A stretch of 64,000 nt of DNA from Octopus sinensis (Eukaryota): contig NC_043000.1 in the NCBI RefSeq assembly GCF_006345805.1, positions 84,258,001 to 84,322,000 of the forward strand. Reading direction: 5' to 3'. Positions within the stretch are counted from its first letter, which is position 1. The number at the start of each line of letters is the position of its first letter. The position numbers and the translations under genes are program-made. The notes below the pieces were generated by a model. The model saw only the letters and a list, made by a program, of their open reading frames with translations. It made no database searches and had not been told where the DNA came from. Of the stretch, positions 54,791 to 64,000 are shown piece after piece.

Positions 54791-56540
54791 ATACATACAC
54801 ATGCTGATATATGACCTATGTCATAATCACCGAACCTAGAGCTTAACTATAGTCTGTTCATAGCACTTACTCAGCATTACCTGACAGCTTTGGGTCTTCT
54901 TGACACCATTACCTCTCATAACCTCTCTATATATATATGTGTGTGTTCCTGTCAGTATGTCTGTCTGTGTATGTATGTATGTATGTATGTATTTGTGTGT
55001 GTGTCTATATCTGTGTGTGTATGTATATGTATGTATATATACATATATTTAGATTTATTCTTAAGTTTATCTTTATATATGTGGGCATGTGTATGCATAT
55101 ACAAACACAAACGCACAAACACACACGCACACACACACGTGTATGTGTGTGTGTGTACGTATATATGTATGAATACATATGATCGTTTATTATAGCAGTC
55201 GTTGATGTCTTGGTGACACGGCTTCAATTGAGAACATAGCTGTTTCTCTTGTTGATTATGTATAGTTATTTATAATGTTTAATGTTTTGAGAGCGACAGA
55301 GAGAGAGAGGGGGCGAGAGAGAAGGAGACAAAAAATAGTGAGTGAGCGAGCGAGAAAGAGAGAGGGAACGAGAGTTATAGACAGTCAATATCCTGTTGGT
55401 CAACCAGCTGACACGCCTGTGATATTTGATGTGAAACACATCTAATTACAGAGTGCTTTGAAATAATTCAAGCTTTGCAATTTTTGTGCAATAATTCTAC
55501 AGAAAATAATGTGTTTTGCTGGATTAGAAAATCATAGATGTGATAATGTTATTTTCTCTCAGAATCTACATATATATATTAGTGAAATTTTTATGTAACC
55601 TTTTAACCCCGAAGTTTCAGCAAACTAGAGACCTTCCCCCCACCTTGGATAAATATAGGTTCATCGACGAGTTAACTTTCAAGAGCGTCTCATTGTTATT
55701 TCCGGAGAGTGCCGTTTTGGTGTATTATTTTAGTGAAAAACAAAAGGATGGTCACAAGTTAACGAACAAATGTGATAAGAATTTGTAGTATAAGCTTAAG
55801 GCTATTGACAAATAAATATACATTAATATAAGACTTATTAAAAGTAGCTGGAAATCAAAGTGAGAAAATAACTCTTGCATATTAAGACTCTTTATGCTGA
55901 TAATGAAATAAGAGTTGCAGAACATTACACCAATCTGTTAGATCTTTTTCTATTAAAAAGACAGAAATAGGTTGACAAGGAAGTCATATGGCTATGAACA
56001 CACTGCAAATTTAAATCATGTAACATTTCAGCCATCAATAACTTCCACTTTCTTTGAAAGAACACATACCTATTGTACTAGAGAACAGTTTCTATACTCC
56101 AGAAAGTGCAACAACAATACACATATTAAATTGAGGACACTGAAATATTCCATAAACATCCACTACTCCTCTAAGTTCGCTAAGCTAATGTTTCTTACTT
56201 CCCTAAACTTTCTCAGTGTATATAAATCTTACAACCTATTTACTATACTTTGCTAAATCCTTTCTTGCTAATCCGGAATACCTTAGCGTTTACCCTCCAA
56301 CTAATTATCGACTCGAAGACACCAAAAGATACCTAATTCTATAATTAAACATAGAAACTATGTAATAAATAGATTAATCAGAGAGTATAGACAAATGCGA
56401 CGTGACAAGACAATAGAATATAAACGCTAGTTAATTGATTTGATAACATTTTCAAGGTATAACAACGAAATTACAAACATGAACTGTCGAATGTATGATT
56501 TATTTTTCAATGTTCAATTGTTGTTCCAAGTATTCCTATA

Positions 56541-56675
56541 TATCACTGTTAATTAATGTATTGTCATTCGCTATTTTCATTATTCTTAATTTAAATAATT
56601 TCATTCGCTTCAAACTTTTCATTGAATACTTTTCTACTATCAACATATGTATTATTTAGAACTACTACTACTACT

Positions 56676-56735
<60 letters not shown>

Positions 56736-57472
56736 AAGGTCATGGTGGTAACTAAAACTGTGACTCCCCCACCCCCAGAACATTTTATTGCTCATCCTGG
56801 CTCAAAAACAATGCGAGCAGCGGCGATAGCAGCATCATTAACAACAACAGCAATAGCGGCGACAATAGCAACAGCAATTGCAGCAGCATCCAGAACAACA
56901 ATAGCTACAGCAATAGCAACAACATTAATATAAACTGCAACAGTAGTGACAATAGCAACAGCAACTGCAGCAACAATAACAACTCCAAGAGCATCGACAA
57001 TAGCAACAGCTATAGCAGCATCATTAACAACAACAGAAATAGTAGCAACAATGGCAAAAGCAATTTCAGCAACAATAACAACAGTATTATTATTGACAAC
57101 AACAGCAATAGTAGCGACAATAACAGCAAATACAGTACCAATAGCAACAACAATAACAGTAACATTAAAAACAACAGCAATAGTAGCGGCAATAGCAACA
57201 GTAATAACAGTGTTGTTAACAACACCAATAGCAACAGCAATAATGGCAGCATTAACAACAATAGCAACACTAGCGATAATTGCAATAGCTGTAACAACAA
57301 CAATAACAGCTTCAGTGATAGCATTTATCACTGCTAATTAATGTATTGTCATTCGCTATTTTCATTATTCTTAATCTAAACAATTTCATTCGCTTTAAAC
57401 TTTTCATTGAATACATGTATTAAACTTTTCTATCAACACATGTATTATTTAGAACTACTACTATTACTACTA

Positions 57473-57505
<33 letters not shown>

Positions 57506-57529
57506 TCCCTACTGCTGCTGCTGCTACTG

Positions 57530-57583
<54 letters not shown>

Positions 57584-58545
57584 ATAATAATAATAATAAT
57601 AATACAAGGACCATGGTGGTAACTAAAACTGTGAGCCCCCCCCCACTCCCAGAACTTTTATTGCTCATTGTGATTGAAAGAAACCATAATGACTTACATT
57701 TTGTAAAATAATACGAGCAACATCATTAGCAACATCATTAATAACAACAGCAATAGCAGCGACAATAGCAACAACAATAGCAACATCATTAACAGCAACA
57801 GCAATTGTAGCAACAATAGCGAAAACAATAACAGTATCGTTAACAACAACAGCAATAGCAACAGCAATAATAGCAGCATTAACATCAACAGTAGCGACAA
57901 TAGCAATAGCAACATCATTAACAAAAGCAAATAGTAGCGACAATAGCAACAGCAATAACAGTATCATTAACATCTACAACAGCAGTAGCGACAATAGCAA
58001 TATTTGTAACAACAACAATATATTTCTTTACTACCCACAGAGGGGACAAGTAAGGACAGACAAAGAGATTAGGTCGATAAATAAAGTACCAGTGCGAAAC
58101 TGGTACTTTATTTATCGACCCCGAAAGGATGAAAGGCAAAGTCGACATCGGCGGAATTTCAACTCAGAACGTAACGACAGACGAAATACCTATTTCTTTA
58201 CTACCCACAAGGGGCTAAACACAGAGAGGACAAACAAGGACATACAAGTCGGATTAAGTCGATTATATCGACCCCAGTGCGTAACTGGTACTTATTTAAT
58301 CGACCCCGAAAGGATGAAAAGCAAAGTCGACCTCGGCGGAATTTGAACTCAGAACGTAACGGCAGACGAAATTACGGCTACGCATTTCGCCCGGCGTGCT
58401 AACGTTTCTGCCAGCTCGCCGCCTCTGTAACAACAACAATAACAGCTACGGTAATAGTAGCGACAATAGTAGCAACAGCAGTAATAACAGCGATAACAAT
58501 AACAATAGAGCGACAATGACAAAAACAGCAAAAATAGCAACAATA
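56541..58545. repeat. Tandem duplication, period 785 bp (56541-57325; 57326 to ~58545), each unit = unique AT-rich head + (TAC)n + triplet-phased minisatellite
   Basis: tatcactg(t/c)taattaatgtattgtcattcgctattttcattattc at 56541 and 57326; catggtggtaactaaaactgtga occurs in both units. Confidence 0.9.
58021..58425 (-). mobile_element. SINE family C dimer (full copy 58189-58425 plus 5'-truncated copy 58021-58188) with a 16-bp TSD
   Basis: Head ggcggcgagctggcagaaacgttagc (A-box-like) and gagttcaaattcc (B-box); tgtaacaacaacaata at 58005-58020 and 58426-58441. Confidence 0.92.
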
Positions 58546-58951
58546 TTACTTCATCTCTGCCATAATGATTTTAAGTCAAAGTTACTTTCATATTAGAAAA
58601 CGAACAAAAAAGTTTAAAACGCTGGACCGTCACCGCTGTTATAGTTTTCTTTATCGGTTCAAAATATATTCTTTAGTGACTTAAAAATAAGAAATATGTT
58701 CGATTTCAGCAGACACAATCTATTAGCCGATCTTCTTTCGATATTTACCGAGAAGTATTGCATCTCTGTATGGCTAAGACCTACCTATAATTCCACTAAA
58801 TGCATCCCGGCGAAAAAAAAAAATGGACTGAATTATCGTATTCAGGGATGTTCATTCAACTAACCGTCATTCTGTAATCATTTAAGAAGTCATCTGTAAG
58901 TCAGTAAAAATGTTGACTCTTCATTGGAGAATGAAAACAATTTTTGCTAGG

Positions 58952-59235
58952 CGCAGCTGTGACTGTGAGGGTAAGAAGTTTGCTTCCAAACCACATGGCT
59001 CCTTGGTTGACAGAAACTGAAAGAAATCCTTCATATACATATAAGTGCGTGTGTGTGTTATTGTGTGTTTGTGCCCCACTATCGCGTGACAACCGGTGAT
59101 GTAGTATGTCCCCATAATTTACCAGTCCGGTCAAAGGAAACGGATAGAAAAAGTACCAGACTTAGAAATAAGCACTGGGGTTCCATTCATTCGACTAAAA
59201 ATTCCTCAAAGCAGTGCCTCAGTGAAAGATAAAAG
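58952..59235 (+). mobile_element. SINE family A, internally deleted, with a short internal TA/TG tract
   Basis: gtaagaagtttgcttccaaaccacatgg...gaaactgaaagaa...cccactatcgcgtgacaaccgg...cattcgactaaaa. Confidence 0.75.
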
Positions 59236-60599
59236 ATTAGTTTGTTGGAATTACCGCTATGTGGCTATTTCATCAGTCTGTTATAGGTTTTAATCTACAC
59301 CCCCTGCAAGGATTGAATACATTATCCATAACATTTTATAAGGGTCACAAACTGGACAGTGATGGTATTTCTCCTTCGCAAATGGTGGGAGTCTCAATAA
59401 ATAATTTTTAAAGAACGGCTGAACTACGCCTATTTAGAGCTGGGGGAACTTGTTCGGTGAAAGTAAATATCATAGTTCCAAGCTTAACGCAGAGTGGTGA
59501 GGGTGACAAATTGCGGACGTTTAGCTAGTTGTTTAAAAAGTTCTTCAGTAAATAAATTATAGACATTGGACCTTAGTTACTTAAATACTTCTACTAAGTA
59601 ATCATTACAGTGCAAAATACAAGACACAAACTGGTGACCTGTACTATCCACTAAAGAAATATATAAATAATATGAAGAATAAATTTTGAGTAGGTTTTAA
59701 AGTGTAAAAAGTTTCTGTTAAAGTTCTTCCATTAGATCTGTTAGTTATGTTACTTTTCTTGTCCTCAATTCACCTTTATATTGGCAGTTTTGCTCTGAGA
59801 CATTTCAAGTTGTGAATGTTGAATCTTAATTTATTTATTATTTTCTTTTTAATATTTTAATGTTGTCAACATAAAAATAACCAAATAAATCTTGAAAATT
59901 ATTTTTTACAATTTTTTGGTTTGTTACTTCTATATCAAAGTTCAAAACTGCGTGCTTGTTTTCTTTTTTTTCCCCCATTTTTCTTTTCAATAATTTTTTT
60001 AAAAAATGTACGCTTAGAATATACCGAAGTGAGTAATAATTGCAGCAAGCAATGCTAACGCACTTGAAAATCATTCTGAGAACTGAAGTAAAATTCTTAT
60101 AAAACATGAATATAACTTATTACTCTTAACCTGGCCACAGGCAAAATATTCATAGAATAAAGGAAACGGGTTGTTAGGATATTCATGCTTTGCAAAAATA
60201 TATTACAACATCGGCCGGTTTAGTGAAGAGACTCTAATTTAGTTTTAATACAACTACTTTAAAGGTGTTACTAGATAGCTAGATATATTTCTTACACAGG
60301 TATAAAAGGAAAAACAAAAATAAAAAAGCGGAGTTTACATTTTAGATCAAAATATCCCTAGAGTAACTTCTAGAAGAAAGTAAAATACTTTTATTTTCCA
60401 TAGCTCTTCGAAAATATTTGTATTTAATCAATGCTTTGTCTTTTCGTTCCATTGTATTCCTGATATGAACCAATATGAACAGTAATTTTCTACGATAATA
60501 CGTATAATGCGCATGAGCAAATAAGCGAAGAAAATAGAAGGGAAGTTTATATTCATAAACACACGACTTACACACACATGCACACTGACACATATACAT

Positions 60600-60601
60600 T
60601 C

Positions 60602-60671
<70 letters not shown>

Positions 60672-61225
60672 TGTGTATGTGTGTGTGTGTGCGTGTATGT
60701 GTGTGTTTGTGTTTGCATGTATAATGGCAGCGAATTTGAAAGCGAATTTCGATGTTGAAACAAACCATTGGCGGTTTCTTCGAAATTATAGATCTATCGT
60801 CAACTATATTGGTAAATCAATAGAAAACAAAAGCAAGTATTAATCGAAACAAACAAAAATAAAAAAAAAGAAGAAAAAGAAGCAAAACACAAAGTCAGTT
60901 ACAACAATAACAACAACATGATTTAACAAAAAGGAGTACAGCATTCACTTGATACGAACAGATGGTGTGGAGACGTTTTGGTAGGGAAACAATAGAGAAA
61001 TAATAAGAGGCAAACATGATGCACTCAAGATAATCGTGTATGTACTGAAGCAAAATGAAATGCCTGTAAACAGGTAATGTAAATTGTAAACAAAAGATTA
61101 GCTATGAATTTATTTTGAAAGGGGAATGGGTAGGAGAGAATCGAATGATCTACACACAATGGGAGAGGAAGATCATACATATATACATAAATATATGATA
61201 TATGTAAATATACATATCGATGTAC

Positions 61226-61285
<60 letters not shown>

Positions 61286-61700
61286 CGTATGTATACATAT
61301 ATACATGCATATAAATGTATATATATATATACATAAATATATAATATATATATATATATATATAGATAGATAGATAGATAGATAGATTGATAGGTAGATA
61401 AATAGATGTAGATATATAATACATACCAACACAAGCATATAGATTAATAGATATTGATATCCATGTGTGTGTATATATGTATATCTGAAATTGTATATGT
61501 GTGAGTATTTACATGTTTTTGTTTATATGTATATTATGCATATGAATATTTATGGTATATCAAGATGTGCACACACGAGTATATATGCCAAGAATATATA
61601 TATGTGTATGTATGTGTGTGTGCGTGTGTGTGTACGTATACACACACACACATATATATAGATAGATTACACACACATATACACATATATATGTATATAT
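60600..61700. repeat. Microsatellite blocks (60600-60720 and 61220-61700)
   Basis: Read directly. Confidence 0.85.
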
Positions 61701-61984
61701 TTACGCATGTGCGAATGTACAAACAATAATGATATAAATTGTATTTCAAAGATATGCGGCGATATTTCTGTTGTTCAAATAACTGAAGATTGATTCTATT
61801 TCATTCTGTTAACATTAGTACATTTCTGTTTTATTTTTATACTTTCAAACGTGTGAATATCTTAATAGTAACATCTCCTGTATTTATTTCCACAGGGATA
61901 CCTTTACATTGTGACTGCTGCCGTCGCAAATACTGACAGAGTTGCAATGAGGACCACAATTATCATGATAACCTCTACAAAATG

Positions 61985-62150
61985 CTTTGCGATATTTCTT
62001 CCAGCTACTCATATTCTGAGTTCAAATCCCATCGATGTAAAGTTTACATTTCATCCTTCCGGATTCGATAAAGTAAAGTGACAGTCAAGTACAGGGGACG
62101 GTGGTATCCACAAATACCAAATTGTTTGCCTTGTACCTACATCGGAAAGA
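61985..62150 (+). mobile_element. Diverged SINE family C
   Basis: attctgagttcaaatcccatcgatg...tttcatccttccggattcgataaagtaaag. Confidence 0.65.
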
Positions 62151-62174
62151 GTTATACTGATGCAGCTTCATACT

Positions 62175-62520
62175 GATTCAATTAGCAAAGATGATATCCT
62201 GAGGTTTGGGGAACAGTTTCCTCAGATCTCGAGAAGCATTCTTAGGATCCTTGCAGAAAACAAAATTGCTCTTTTCTGCAGATAGGCAGTGTGTGTTTCA
62301 GTTCCATGAGTTTCTTTGGCAGTTGTCTGGGTGCTGTGTCAAAGGTACCAACCACCACCACAGTCGTAAGTTTGGCAGCATACCAGTCTGCCACAGTCAA
62401 TTATAGAAGCCCCTGATGGAAAAAGTAATATATCTTTGTTTTGCTTAGAACACTACAATCTAAATTATCTCATCCAAAGAAAATAAAGGCAGCCTGATGG
62501 CTAGTTCAAATGAGATATCT
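62175..62520 (-). mobile_element. Decayed REL LINE C-terminus
   Basis: VVVVGTFDTAPRQLPKKLMEL...LQKRAILFSARILRMLLEI*, parallel to LLGTARIIRKVLDS* (13533) and ALLGTAHILRRTL (14403). Confidence 0.6.
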
Positions 62521-64000
62521 TTGACTGGGAAAAGAAGCACATGTAGCACACGTGTTAGCTTTAAAACAGATGATAGGGTAAATGCACAAGTTCAACTAGT
62601 ATGTTACACACCTCCTATTAAATGGTTCTGCAGTACTTGCGAAGGAGAAACACAAGGGTCATCGACAGGGACCCCGGTGATGATATCGATATATGTAGGT
62701 ATTCAGTGCAAATGTAATATTGGAGATATGTAGTCGTGAGGGATGACTATGGATATAGAGATCCTGATAACCCAGCAAAACTACAAAATTGTAAGAGAAC
62801 TGTGTTTCTTAGAGTATCTTAGAAGGAAGACCTTTCATCATCAAGGTAGACGGCTCAGTTATACATATGATACAAACACATTTTTAAGGCTTCCTGCACA
62901 GAAAGCCTAAAAGATCAAAAGCAATAACAAAAAGCCATGAAAATTGTCAGTCATGAAAATTGTCAGGCCTAGAATAACACCAGGTGCAGCTCGTTAATCA
63001 GTAAGTGAAATTGTATCTTCCTCATTACCAGGAGCGAGTCATGACAATCAAAATCCTCCTCTCCCAGCCCAGATAGAGAAAAACAAGGCGAACCCTTCAC
63101 AACAACAATTCCTGGTAGTAAACGACCAGGAATTATAACGCCATAGTAGGCCCAACCGATCCATTTATGAGAATGGTCACCAGGCAGTGACCGAGAGTTA
63201 TGGATTCTTCAAGAAATTGGAAAAGTATCCAAAGTAATAATAAAATATGCTATAAGAATGCGAGTTTTTCAGCAAAGAAAAAACTCCTCCGCTGAGGAAG
63301 AATCCATATGCTATGAAGCGAAACCAATGTCCTATCAGATGGAATCAGCTCTCACTCGGAACGAAATGAAATTCACTGTCATTCACACGATAAACAAACC
63401 TCTAATAATATGCATATAGAGTATACACATTTTTGTTGTTTTTTTTTATTTGTTCTTTTAATCGTTTTATTTTTCGTGCTCATATACACAAAGAATATCC
63501 TGATGAATTTGGGGGTCCAGAAAAAAATGGGATCGCATTTAAAACAACATTTAAAGGACAGAATGAAACTATAAACTTCGGATAACCGACTGTACGAGAT
63601 GTTATATTTCAACGATAGAGAAGATGCGACTCATCAGTCGCCCGGTATAACACAAGTGATCCACACGAAAGAGCTTGGAATCTCCAACCATATACAATAC
63701 TAGAAGGAAACACAGTCTGTTAATTATTGTGTATGTTTTTATACGATTTGTGTATTTCTGCATAAATATATGTCTTATAAATTTTTAATTCAATCAAATT
63801 ATTGTATAACAGTTTCATCACTGATCCCAATGGCCTTATACAACTAAATTCTTTATACACCCTTCCATATATTGTATGACGTTTCTCAGACCCTCCCATA
63901 GGATTGACAGACGTAATTTTCCCACACTCATTGTTTTTCTTATTTCTTTTTCTTTCTCTGAAACAGATAAATTTCCGTATCCTTTGAATCTCCGAGCATT

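Noticed and set aside
56541-58545. Repeat-spacer-like pattern considered as CRISPR
   Set aside because: Eukaryotic context; units are degenerate triplet repeats with no constant repeat and unique spacers, and there are no cas genes.
61898-61985. Strong acceptor (tttatttccacag) on +, and a signal-peptide-like MIIVVLIATLSVFATAAVT on -
   Set aside because: The + frame runs into a SINE with no donor; the - frame hits TAA unless a weak donor is used. No supporting exons.
62902-63006. 99-nt candidate exon ending at a consensus GTAAGT
   Set aside because: Stops in all three frames.
63590-63645. CTGATGAG...GAAA on the minus strand
   Set aside because: Stem II does not pair and there is no valid stem III or cleavage triplet.

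Overview
AT-rich, repeat-saturated eukaryotic DNA, intergenic or deep intronic. The repeat make-up looks like a coleoid cephalopod such as Octopus; this is inferred from repeat style, not from a database match. I found no supportable host protein-coding exon, rRNA, true tRNA or CRISPR array. Most ORFs in the track are microsatellite artefacts (YI/CV/LS/HT runs). The rest are decayed retroelements and transposons: five to six fragments of R4/Dong-type LINEs with a restriction-like endonuclease (REL), a 5'-truncated CR1-type LINE, RTE LINE fragments, two Penelope-like fragments, a gag/ORF1-like relic with a mutated zinc knuckle, one full-length mariner with TIRs and a TA duplication, and two mariner fragments. 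There are also at least three tRNA-derived SINE families and a non-tRNA repeat with a (TAA)n tail. The most interesting observations are: (1) a same-strand stack of REL LINEs and a likely partner SINE separated by (TAA)n arrays, plus a different REL LINE flanked by (CATA)n, suggesting microsatellite-targeted retrotransposition with more than one target; (2) several long fold-back structures (4.6, 8.1, 16.8 and 20.6-22.0 kb); (3) a SINE family with an internal microsatellite that expands; (4) a SINE dimer with a 16-bp TSD and a quasi-palindrome converted to a perfect one. Coordinates were counted by eye, and the ends of decayed elements are approximate.
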